Shown here: positions 53,515-64,000 of the stretch, piece after piece
How the letters are laid out: every line of letters begins with the position of its first letter
How positions within the stretch are numbered: the first letter of the stretch is position 1
Source: Callorhinchus milii
Lineage: Eukaryota
Reading direction: 5' to 3'
Assembly (NCBI RefSeq): GCF_018977255.1
Contig: NW_024704742.1
Coordinates: forward strand, 128,280,001-128,344,000
DNA length: 64,000 nt
Made by a program: the position numbers and the translations under genes
The notes under the pieces: generated by a model
Told to the model about the DNA's origin: nothing
The model's database searches: none
The model's input: only the letters and a program-made list of their open reading frames with translations

Positions 53515-53895
53515 AGAAGAGGGGATCTTACAGAGTTTAATGTCTCATCTGATAATAATATAATAATATATTATTATTATCTTACAGAGGCAACAAATGG
53601 TTTTATATGGGATTGAGAAAGAAACTTAGATTAATACTTTAGGATGCACCAAAACATCAGAACAAGAGGGCCAATATTTGGATTTACAAAGAGGGATTTC
53701 AGGACAAACACCAGGAAATATTTATGTATCCAGAGGGTAATTTACACCAGAACAGGCATCCAGGAAGGATGATTGAGGTCAGGACAATGGATCCATTTAA
53801 AGAGCAGCTTGATGCTGTGATGGGAGGACAATAAGGTGAGTATTCTATAAGAATAAAATCATATGGGCTGAAGGGCTTTTTCCATCCCAACCAAT
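53515..53895 (+). mobile_element. Old CR1 3' end (second family)
   Basis: 'agaggggatcttacagag...agaacaagaggg...caggaaggatgattgaggtcaggacaatggatccatttaaagagcagcttgatgctgtgatggg...atgggctgaaggg'. Related remnants at ~27430-27646 and ~29190-29420. Confidence 0.65.
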
Positions 53896-54202
53896 CTTTT
53901 GATCTAAACCAGTTCTATTCATTGTTACCTAATAAGAAGACGAAAGATTGCATTCTTTCCTCTTCAAGCAACCTTTTAACTTTTAATATTATCTTTTAAA
54001 ACTGGTATGAAACCACCTCCCATAGTGGTGGGATTAAAAGCTTTCCTGATCCTCACTCGTTTTAAAGATAGTCTTCATCATTCACGGTGTCTTTTAAAAT
54101 ATTCATGCTTTAAGCTTCAGTTTGCTTCCTTATTTAACCTCTAACAGGGGTCTGTAATGTTTCTGATTCCTCCACATAAAATTATGTGGAATTATGTCAA
54201 GT

Positions 54203-54545
54203 AGGTGTCAGCCTGGCTCGGTTGATAGCACACTCTTCTCTGGGTCTGAAAGTTGTGGATTCAAATTCCTTGTCAGAATCTTATCTTAGTAGTGTAGACA
54301 TGCACTTCAATACAGCCCTGGGGGTTCTTTGCATTGTCAGAAATATGTAATAGAGCCCATGCCACGATTCAAAAAGAAAGAGAATCTTACATAATATCAT
54401 GGCCAACAATTCTCCAGTTAAATTGGTCATTCAGCAATTATTTATTACTGGTCAATGATTAGAGGGCCTACAAATACACGATCACTACACTTAACAGAAA
54501 CTTTGTGAAATGCTTTAAGATGTTGACATTACAGGTGTTATATTT
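54203..54545 (+). mobile_element. Deu-domain SINE, degraded
   Basis: Head 'ggtgtcagcctggctcggttgatagcacactc...ggattcaaattcc' and partial core. Confidence 0.65.
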
Positions 54546-55501
54546 AAGTGCTCCGGGAAGCTACTCTGCATGAAGGGTACCATATAAATGCAAGTTGTTG
54601 TTGGTATATTAACTACAAGAATTGTTGTTGATATTTACAATTTCATTTTTCTTCAATCAGTTTCCTAGATCTAACTTTGTATTAATCATCCTTTACTTTT
54701 TCTTACAGCTCCAAACTGTGCTCTCATGATGTCATGTATTAAAATCATTGTTAATCCTGGCTTCAAGCTTTAATAAAATACAAAATGTAACTGTGCAATG
54801 ATTATTTATACCCCAACTTCTACCCTGCTGATCCCTTCTGGTGGATCGAAAAACAAAACACTGAATCTGATATTTCATCTGTGTCTTTGCATGTTGTATT
54901 AAGAAGCAAATCCTGGTGACCTCTGTGAAATTGCTTTCACTCCTACCTCATGGTTGTTTTTGGTCCGATCACTTAACCTTTAGGAAATTGAAATTTCCCA
55001 TTTTGTGATTCTCCCACTACGATTCTCTTCAACTGATCTCACTGCAGCTCTCTGTCTTCAGTTGATGGTTGATAACAGTTGTTCCTAAGATCACTGATTT
55101 CTATCTTGATCACTCCTGCTATTTCCTTTCTGCTATTAAATGGCTACTTTTGGACAGATGTTTCATTCATCCTTTATCAACAGTGCCAGTCCTCTAAAGT
55201 GGTCAGATTGGCTCACTTCGGAGGACCATTGCTTGTAGTGGAGGAGATTTGTGAGTTCAGGCCTTACATTAGGACTCTGAGACCTACAGTAGACAGAAGG
55301 AATGCTGTGGTGTCTGTTGTGTCTGAGATGCTTCTCTTCAGATGAGACGTTAAACCAAGGTCTAGGTGGATGTTAAATAATATGATTTAAAAAGAGAAGG
55401 GAGTCTATCATGAACAGCAATCAACCAGATTTGCTTCATGGCTTTATGTGAGGGAATTCTGTTGCCTGCCACATTTGTTTACAAAATGCACCATCACTAC
55501 A

Positions 55502-55583
55502 CTTGACATCAGCTCCCTGTGAAGCACTTTGAGATGTTTCATCTTGACATCAGCTCCCTGTAAAGCACTTTGAGATGTTTCAT
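55502..55583 (+). repeat. 41-bp tandem repeat x2
   Basis: cttgacatcagctccctgt(g/a)aagcactttgagatgtttcat twice, inside a SINE tail. Confidence 0.95.
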
Positions 55584-56089
55584 TGGTATCGGTGTTGTAT
55601 CATGCAAGGGCTATTTGTTTATTATTCTGCAAGCGCTATCTATCTCTGCTGTAGCTCCTACTCTCATCAGGATCTCAACGTCCACTTAGCCATGTTACTG
55701 CAATTCAAATAACATCATAGAAGTTAACAGCACTCAATGAGGCCATTAAGCCCATTGTGCCAGTGCCAGCACTCTGAAAGAGATATCCATTTAATCCCTT
55801 GGTTCCTGCCTTTTGATAATTTAAATCTTCAATCCTCAAACTATCCAAAAATTGGTGAAAGAGGGAAACCTTAACAACAATAACAACAACAAATTACATT
55901 TGTATAGTGCCTTTCGGGTCAGGAGGACGACTTTTGGATGGAGTTAAAAGACAGAAAAATAATAACTTCAGTCATGAAAGTAAGCACAAATGTAATATTC
56001 CACAAAATAGTCATTAAAACCAGACCCCAACAGGATTAGGAAGAAAACATGTGGTTTTATAGCATTTGATCACACCAAAACATTTACCG

Positions 56090-58191
56090 ATAAGGCCGTC
56101 TCCGATCACCACTTCATCAACTTCACCACATCCACCACCCTCCCGACCTCCACGAGACCCACCACGATCTTCTACCGCCCCTGGAAGAAGTTAGCCCCAC
56201 AATCCCTAACTGCTGCCTTGAAGTCCTCTGAACTCCTAGCCCTCTGGCCTTCATCCCTTACTGACCCCTCTTCTGCTCTCACCCTCCTCCGCAACACCCT
56301 CTCCTCCACACTCGACACTCTTGCCCCCATCACCTCCTGTACTGTCTCTTATTCTCGCTCCTCCCCTGGTTCACCACCCACCTCCGCTCACTGAAGAGCC
56401 AGGTGCGGGCCGCTGAACACACCTGCCTCAAATCTGGCCTAACGGTCCACCAATAAATCTGGCTGGACCTCCTCAAAACCTACCGCTCCACTCTAGCCTC
56501 GGCCAAGTCATCCTTCTGCTCCAGGATAATCCTGGAGGTGAAGAACAACCCCAGGCTTCTGTTCTCTACCACATCCCGAATCCTCCGTCCCCCCCGCCAC
56601 CCCGCGCAGGTCATCTCCTCCAACCTTCACTGCGAGGAGATGCTGGATTTCCTTGAATCCAAAATCAAGGGAATCCGCTCCACGGTTACTGCCCCTCCAA
56701 CTTCGACCCACCCCCCACCCCTTCCCTCCCACACTCCGACTCCTACCCATCCTCCCCTACACACCTTCGAACCCGTTTCCCCACCCTCTGTCACCAACCT
56801 CATCCTGTCCCTAAAACCCACCACCTGCCCCCTGGACCCCATCCCCACTCCACTGCTTATCTCCCAGCTCCACCGCCTTGCCCCAATTCTCACAGACACC
56901 ATTAACCTGTCCCTCTCCTCTGGCTCTGTTCCCATTCCCCTCAAAACTGCCAGCATCACTCCCACATCGAAAAAACCCTCCCTTGATGCGTCGCAGCTAT
57001 CAAGCTACCGGCCCATCTCCAACCTCCCCTTCCTGTCCAAGGTCCTTGAAAGAGTTGTCGCCTCCCAGCTGCGCTCTTTCCTCTCCACCCACTCACTTTT
57101 TGAACCCCCTCCAGTCGGGTTTCCGTGTGCTGCCCATAGCACAGAAACCGCCCCGGTCAAGATCACTAATGACATCTTGACCATCTGCGACCAGGGCTCT
57201 CTCTGCCTCCTCGTCCTCCTCGACCTCTCGGCCGCATTCGATACAGTCGACCACTCTATCCTCCTCCACCGCTTGTCCTCCCACCTCAACCTTCAAGGCC
57301 CTGTCCTTGAGTGGTTTAGGTCCTACCTCTCCCACCGTCTTCATTTTGTCTCTGCAAATGGCTTTTCCTCCGGCCCCCGCACTATCTCGTGCGGTGTCCC
57401 TCAGGGCTCTGTCCTCGGTCCCCTCCTCTTCACCCTCTATATGCTCCCCCTTGGTGACATCATCCGCAGTCATGGGGTTAACTTCCACATGTATGCGGAT
57501 GACACCCAACTCTACCTTTCCTCCTCTACCCTCAACTCCACGACCACCGATGTCCTGACAGCCTGCCTCAAGGCTGGACTACGGGAACTCTCTCCTCATC
57601 GGCCTTCCCGGCACCTCCCTCCACAAGCTGCAGGTCATTCAGAACTCTGCAGCTCGTGTACTGTCCCGCACCAGGCTTCGGGACCACATCACTCCCACCC
57701 TCGCTCACTTCCACTGGCTCCCCATCCCCCAGAAGATCGAATTCAAGATCCTCATCCTCACCTACAAGGCCATTCACGGTCTTGCTCCCTCCTACCTCTC
57801 CGACCTACTATCCCCATACTTATCTGCCCGTACCCTCCGTTCCTCTGGCTCCGGTCTGCTCCACATCCCCCACCCCAACCGGCCTATCATCGGTGGCTGG
57901 GCCTTCAGCCTCTCAGCCCCGAGGCTCTGAAACTCCATCCCCCAGTGCCTTCGCCTTGCTTCCTCCCTTTCCTCCTTCAAGGCCGGTCTCAAGACCTTTC
58001 TCTTCAACCATGCCTTCAGCTCCCATCTTGAATCTCTACCCCCCTCCTCGCTCCCTCCCTTCCCTCCCCTCACCCTGACCATTTCCCCCTGCTCGTTTCC
58101 CTACCCAACTGTCCAGTGCCTTGGGACGTCCTCCCGATGTGAAAGGCGCTCTATAAATGCAATCTTGTTGTTGTTGTTGTTGTTGTTGTTG
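56090..58191 (+). mobile_element. L2-clade LINE, 5'-truncated, with an internal deletion after the RT core
   Basis: Starts at the endonuclease C-terminus (KAVSDHHF). ORF 56538-58031 contains [38 protein letters not shown] and YADD (57492-57503). A different frame then gives the L2 C-terminus ([13 protein letters not shown]). It ends in a stem-loop tail and (GTT)n. Confidence 0.96.
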
Positions 58192-58662
58192 TAGAAGAAC
58201 TGTCAAGCTTAGTGATTTTTAGACAAAACATGAGCATAGATTCACATCGACTATTGCAGCAAGGAAACAGGTCATACCGACCAACATATTATACACCACC
58301 ACACCTAATCCCATCTCCCATACCACACTATTCCCTTCTTTCTTATGTTTTCATCAAGTTTTCTCTTACATGCAGCAGCTATTTAGCAACCTGCAAAGTC
58401 CCACAAACAACCAGTGTTGGATAACTATTGAAAGCCCCTTGGTATCTGAGACAAACGTTACCATCCCAGTTCTCACAATCTTGCAAAATGATTGATTCAT
58501 GACGGTTTGTTATTAACCTGGTATATGTTTCTCTTCGCAAAATCTCCCTCCAGTGCAGGAATGTTGATAAATGCAGCTTTAACGTTAGCATCTTAAATAA
58601 ATAATAGTCAATGAAATCTACCTGCACATGTTTCATTAAAGTTCTTTTGTGGAGCTTATGAT

Positions 58663-59692
58663 TGGATGTTTGATGATTTTCTTGTATTAATTAACTGGCC
58701 ACTTAGCAAACACAGGCCGGCTTCATGCCCCTCACTTAACCCGTCCCATCATTAGTAGGCAAGCCTTTTTGCCCACTTTCTGGAACTCCATCCAGATGTC
58801 TGTCCGTGTTGCTCCCTCCCTTCAAACCCACCTAATGACCTATCTTTCCAACTGTGCTTTTAACCACATTTTTGTGAAACGTGTGAAGTGCTTGGAGGCA
58901 TCCTCCCAATGTGAATGATGTTCCATAAATGTAAATTGTTATTTAGATCTCTACACATGAATGAAGCATGGTGAACATAATATTAATAATAATAATCCTT
59001 GCATTTGATATAGCGCTTTTCACGTCGGGAGGACGTCCCAAAGCACTTCACAGAACACACTGTAAAGTGAATTGACTGTATATTTGTGGGCGAATGCGGC
59101 AGCCAATTGCGCACAGCAATGTCCCACAAACAGTCGTAGATTGAAAATGACCAATTTAATTATTGTTTTTTGGGGGGTTTTTGGAGGGATTATTATTAGG
59201 CGTGTGGAGTAAGGAAACTTGCCCAAGGTTTCGCCCTGCCTGGAATTGAACTCAGGTCTCTCGCTTGCAAAGCGAGTGCTCTAACCACTGAGCTACAGGA
59301 CTCCACACAGACCAACACACGTCATAAGTAATTTCATCTTGTCCAACAGCGAACTAAAAATGGAAACCATGTCAACATTGAATTAGCTCCAGTTAATGAG
59401 AAAGCTTCTTTCTGATGAAAACTTTCCAGGTGCCGATTTCCAATGGATGTTTGATGATTTCTTTGTGACCATGTTAATTAACACGGGTTAATGTGAAAGA
59501 TGTTCTATAAATGTAAATTGTTATTTAGATCTCTACACAAGAACGAAGCACGGTGAACAATGCACATGTCATAAATAATTTCATCTTGTCCAATTGCGAA
59601 CTAAAAATGGAAACCATATCAACATTGAATTAGCTCCAGTTAATGAGAAAGCTTTTTTCCGATGAAAACTTTCCAGGTGCCAATTTCCAATG
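58663..59692 (+). repeat. Local tandem duplication (copy 1 ~58663-59445 containing a SINE; copy 2 ~59444-59692)
   Basis: 58910-58978 matches 59491-59559, and 59315-59445 matches 59563-59692. 'ggatgtttgatgattt' starts both copies. Confidence 0.9.
58979..59304 (-). mobile_element. Full-length young tRNA-Ala-derived SINE (short variant)
   Basis: Minus strand: ggagtcctgTAGCTCAGTGGttagagc (A box), anticodon arm ctcgc-tttgcaa-gcgag (TGC), gagttcaattcc (B box), body, L2-like stem-loop tail and (ATT)n. Confidence 0.93.
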
Positions 59693-60129
59693 GCCCACAC
59701 TGAAGTCTGTAACCGAGGCTATTTTATTAAATAGAATCTACTGGTGGATCAGAGCAATTCATTTCCAAGGACTTCTCAATTAGTAGATTTCAAGCGCACT
59801 GCGTGACCTAAAAAAGGCCATTTCATAATGAAAATCCTCCACTGAATTTCCTATCATTCACACCTATTAACAAAAACAATGCATTCATAATCCTTTTCTA
59901 TTTCTGCTACATTGATTGCCTTAAAATGTCATTTTAGTGTCACTTTTCTCATGATTTACTCCTCCAGGGATGACTGATGGTGTTAACAGATGTCTATTAT
60001 ACCAGAAAACAAATTAATGCACATTTTAAATGAGATTATTCCAAATTAAAAACGGATATATGTTAAGAGAACAGTGCTGATTTGGTCAAGCTATCATATC
60101 AGTTTCTGTACTCCAAAAATTATGCCGCA

Positions 60130-60372
60130 TTCAATTCCTGGCAGGGCCTTGGGCAAGTTTCCTTACTCCACATTCCTGATAATAATCCCTCAAGAAAATA
60201 AGTAAATAAAATAATAATTTGGTCACTCAATCCATGACTGTTTGTGGGACACTGCTGTGTGCAATTGGCTGTTGTGTTTACAGTCAATTCACTTTACATT
60301 CTGTGAAACTCTTTGAGAAGTTTAGAAGACGTGTAAAGCGCTATATCAAATACTAGGATTATTATTATTATT
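60130..60372 (+). mobile_element. 5'-truncated tRNA SINE
   Basis: Starts at the B box 'ttcaattcctggcaggg', followed by body and (ATT)n tail. Confidence 0.85.
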
Positions 60373-60429
60373 CAATGTTTTTTTCTATATTTGACCAGAT
60401 TTTAAGCATTCAATCAGTATGCATTAAAA

Positions 60430-60840
60430 AGAATCCTTGTACTTGATATAGCGTCTTTCATGTTGGGAACGGTGTCTCAAAGTGCTTCAAAAGATTTATT
60501 GTAAAGTTTATTGACTGTATTTTGTAGACGAACATGGCAGCCAATTTGCTCACTACAATGTGCCACAAACAGCCATTAAATGAATAACCAATTTTATCTG
60601 GGGGATTGTTGATTAGAAAACCAAGAGCACTCCCTTCTCTTTTCAAATAACATCCAACAGAACCTGGGTTATATCTATATCCACAATATCTTTAGCATCC
60701 ACCTGAACAGGATGAAGGGACCTCAGTTTAGCTTCTCATCCAAAGAACGGCATCTCTGACAATGTAGAGTTCCAGCACAACACTGGAACATAGCAATGTT
60801 GGATTATGTGCTCAAAGTCTTGATGTGGGTCTTGAAACTA
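60430..60840 (-). mobile_element. Deu-domain SINE
   Basis: Tail plus core 'ccacctgaacagg...cctcagtttagcttctcatccaaagaacggcatctctgacaat'. Confidence 0.72.
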
Positions 60841-61231
60841 AGACAGTATGACATACAAAGGACTGAAATGAACAACCAAAACTTTATTGGTTGAACTACA
60901 CTGCACAATCACATATAAAATAAAACTGCTAAGAAAGAATAATATTTACTTTTGTGCACTGCTGTGGAGAAGCAATTAAACAAAAGTCTTCCTGAAACCA
61001 ACTTTTACTGCAAACCCATGTTGTGAATAGAGCACATTCTTGCACTACATCATCTGATGCTGTTTACAGAGTCAAATCAGCCACTGCTTCTGAAGTGAGT
61101 TATTGTCATCTGCATAATGTAAAAGGGTCGGTGTCAGAATGAAGACATGAGGCCATTTGTATTGAAAATTAGCCAATTTAAGGACAACCTTCAAGGCAAA
61201 CAGTGGAAATTTTCAAAAGCATATAACATAT

Positions 61232-61830
61232 TGTTTTGGCAGCCAACTGTCTTGACATATGTGGAAACCCATCACCATGCTTAAGAGCATCCAAACTAAA
61301 CAGGGAGTTTCACATGTGTATTTGAAGTTTCCAGGCATTTGAAGTTTCCTTATGTCTGGAATGGAATGTGCACTCTATCCCCAGAAGTATCTACTCTTTC
61401 AACCTGATTTGGGGAAATATTATGTGCAGGTTGGTAACTGCCAAGGTTTGGGGACCCCAGAAACTGCTCGTGTTTCACATGCTAAAACTGTGCAGTTTAC
61501 CACTGAGAGCACTGTCTGGCAAGCTTTCCGCTGCTTGTCCAGCTAGGACCATACTAGCTTTTAGGGATTTGGTTTGCAGAGCTAACGTGAGCTGAGTGGG
61601 AGGAATCCTGTCCCCCTCCAGTGACCAGTCTGCCCCTCCAAGTCCTGCTGCCAAGCCAGTCTGGTTTATCTGTCACCAGCAATACTCTGGAGCACTGCAG
61701 ACCTCTTGGATGAGGAGCTATCTAACAGAGAATGGCACAGAGGGTTGATTTGATTCCAGCAATCCATTATCAGTACATTATCTTGGAGCCAGTTCAGACC
61801 CAAGGAGACCCAGTGAACCTTGTCACCCGA
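61232..61830 (-). repeat. Unclassified interspersed repeat, longest copy
   Basis: Same motifs as copies 1 and 2. The extension 'cacagaggg..ttgattc...gagccag' is shared with 36650-36730. Confidence 0.78.
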
Positions 61831-62654
61831 TGCTCACACATGGGCAACTTCAAGCAGACAGCGATCAGCAGCAGACACTCGCTGATTCTCCCCTCCCTTC
61901 TAAGCCCGCAGATGCCAAATGTAGCACTCTGAGATGATGGTTCATAGGGGCCCAAACAATCCAATCTCATTCACTGTGTTGAACTTAACATCAATGTTTT
62001 TAGTCACAGAACCAAACCAAATCAAATAATTTTTTAAATACGCAGAAAATCTATAAGTCCTTTTCACCTGCACACCACATGTTGATGTTGTCCTCACACC
62101 GCCCTCACTGAGGGCTATTTCTTAATTAAATGGACCTGCCCATCAGTTTTGGGTCAACTGTTATTGTGAGTTGCAATGAGGCACCTACAAACACAGTCAA
62201 TAAATCTTGTGAAACACTTTTGAGACTTTGATGACATAATAAGGTGGTATGTGTAGTAATAATCCTTGTATTTGACATAGCGCCTTTCATATTGGGAGGA
62301 TATCTCAAAACACTTCACTGGATTCACTTTTAATAATAATAATCATGACTGTGACGTCTCAAAGAGCTTCACAGAATATACTGTAAAGTGAATTGACTAT
62401 ATTTTGTTGATGAAAAATGTCAGCCAATTGTGGACAGCAGTATTCCACAAACATGTGTGGATTGAATGACCAAATTTTTTATTTTTTTTGGATGGATTAT
62501 TATCCACAGCAATCTGCTAATCAACTAACAAAGTAGTGACTGTGTTTTTGTGGGTGATTCTGCCAATTGCAAGGAATATTATTATGTATACTTTTTTAAA
62601 AGGACTTTCTGCCTCCTTCAAAGGGAGATCCAGCAGTCCTTGTATCCTGTCGCA

Positions 62655-62890
62655 AGCAACAACACAACAACTTGGATTTATATAGCGCCCTCTACGCCGG
62701 ACGGCATCTCAGAGCGCTTCACAGTAACGGATTCCAGGGCCAAGCCAGGGAGAGGGTAGGAAGGCGACCAAAAGCCCGGTCGAAGAGAAGGGTCTTCAGC
62801 AGGGACCTGAAAATTGTAAGAGAGGAAGCGAAGGGAGTGAGGAAGGGAGTTCCAGAGCCTTGGGGGATAGTGGCTGAAGTTCTGGCACAC
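62655..62890 (-). mobile_element. L2 3' end (different subfamily)
   Basis: (CAA)-rich tail. The minus strand encodes an FSHYPPRLWNSLP motif typical of L2 ORF2 ends. Confidence 0.75.
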
Positions 62891-63183
62891 AGAAAATGAG
62901 AGACAGAAAAAGAGAGAGCGAGACACACGCAGACTGTTGTCCAGGCTGAAGTCATCTAACCCAGCGACATGGTTTGTAAATGGAGGAACGTTTCTCCCAC
63001 AAATACAGTTATTTTCTCTTTAGGTACCAAAGTGCTGTTATTACACACCAAACAAACAAACAAAAGCAATTAAACAATTTTTTTTATTGTAAAAAAAACT
63101 TTGCAATATAATCTGTGAAGTGCTTTAAGACGTCTCAACGCGGTAAGGCGCTATATCAAATGCAAGGATATTATTATATCCTG

Positions 63184-63497
63184 TCCTGTAGCTCAGTGTT
63201 TAGAGCACTCGCTTTGCAAGCGAGAGACCTGAGTTCAATTCCAGGCAGAGGGCGAAACCTTGGGCAAGTTTCCTTACTCCACATGCCTAATAATAATCCC
63301 TCCAAAAAAACAAAACAATAATAAATTGGTCATTTTCAATCTACGACTGTTTGTGGGACATTGCTGTGCGCAATTGGCTGCCGCGTTCGCCCACAAATAT
63401 ACAGTCAATTCACTTTACAGTGTGTTCTGTGAAGCGCTTTGGGACGTCCTCCCGACGTGAAAAGCGCTATATCAAATGCAAGGATTATTATTATTAT
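63184..63497 (+). mobile_element. Near full-length young tRNA-Ala-derived SINE (short variant)
   Basis: Nearly identical to the reverse complement of 58979-59304. Has A/B boxes and an (ATT)n tail. Confidence 0.93.
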
Positions 63498-64000
63498 ATA
63501 ATTTGAAAAATTTGGGGACCCCAGAAACTGCATAATTGATAAGCTTGGTAAGATATATTCAGTCATTTATACTGCCTCCTTATGTATTCCAATGATAGGT
63601 CTATTTTCATGCTTCCTCCACTGTTGTGAAAATTCGGGTCCTCAGTCGTTAACATGGCATTATTGGAGCTTTCATGGCAAGCTGTGTCTAATTCAAAGAA
63701 TTTAAATTATTCGTACTTGGAAAACATAGCAAATATGCTTCTTTTTTACAGTTTGAATTACATCTCTTTTAACAAAGTGAATGCAGTGGGTTCCAGTAAG
63801 CACAGCCTCTATTGGAGGATATGTTGCCTTCAGTAGTTTTCCATGGAATAGGAGCTAGCAGCAATGACTTGACTTTGACCCTAATATATATGCTACTTTT
63901 AGTCGGTCTTTGCGTTATTCACTGATACCTTCTTAGTGTATTGTTATCATTGGTGCCACCTGGGGATAGATAGTTTTCTCTTTATTGTCCTAAGTACCAA

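Noticed and set aside
56538..58031. 497-aa ORF as an intact or domesticated RT gene
   Set aside because: 5'-truncated L2 with an upstream frameshift and stop, an internal deletion and an out-of-frame C-terminus.
5550..63497. Recurrent 'aaatgcaaggattattatt' word as a CRISPR-like or regulatory array
   Set aside because: Irregularly spaced, on both strands and always a SINE 3' tail. No spacers or cas genes; eukaryotic context.

Overview
This is vertebrate non-coding DNA (intronic or intergenic) dominated by retroposon relics. The repeat content suggests a cartilaginous fish, possibly a chimaera; this is an inference. I could not support any host protein-coding exon, rRNA, true tRNA gene or CRISPR array. 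Every recognisable long ORF belongs to a disrupted LINE ORF2: CR1 at ~14.0-15.7 kb (+) and ~21.7-22.8 kb (-), and L2 at ~17.7-18.7 kb (-), 34.7-35.3 kb (+), 42.3-45.1 kb (-) and 56.1-58.2 kb (+). Many SINE copies fall into two related groups: a younger tRNA-Ala-headed SINE with an (ATT)n tail, and an older Deu-domain (SacSINE1/AmnSINE-like) SINE. An unclassified 3'-anchored repeat family has 7 copies. Three Penelope-like terminal-repeat relics carry minimal type I hammerhead ribozyme cores. Points of most interest: (i) the hammerhead motifs, one inside a ~75-bp-arm palindrome; (ii) a young SINE subfamily whose 3' stem-loop matches the co-resident young L2; (iii) the modular tRNA + CORE-like + Deu-3' + L2-tail SINE; (iv) many local templated duplications and fold-backs, including a ~0.9 kb SINE-anchored copy 21.6 kb away. 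Coordinates were read by eye, and the ends of old repeats are approximate.
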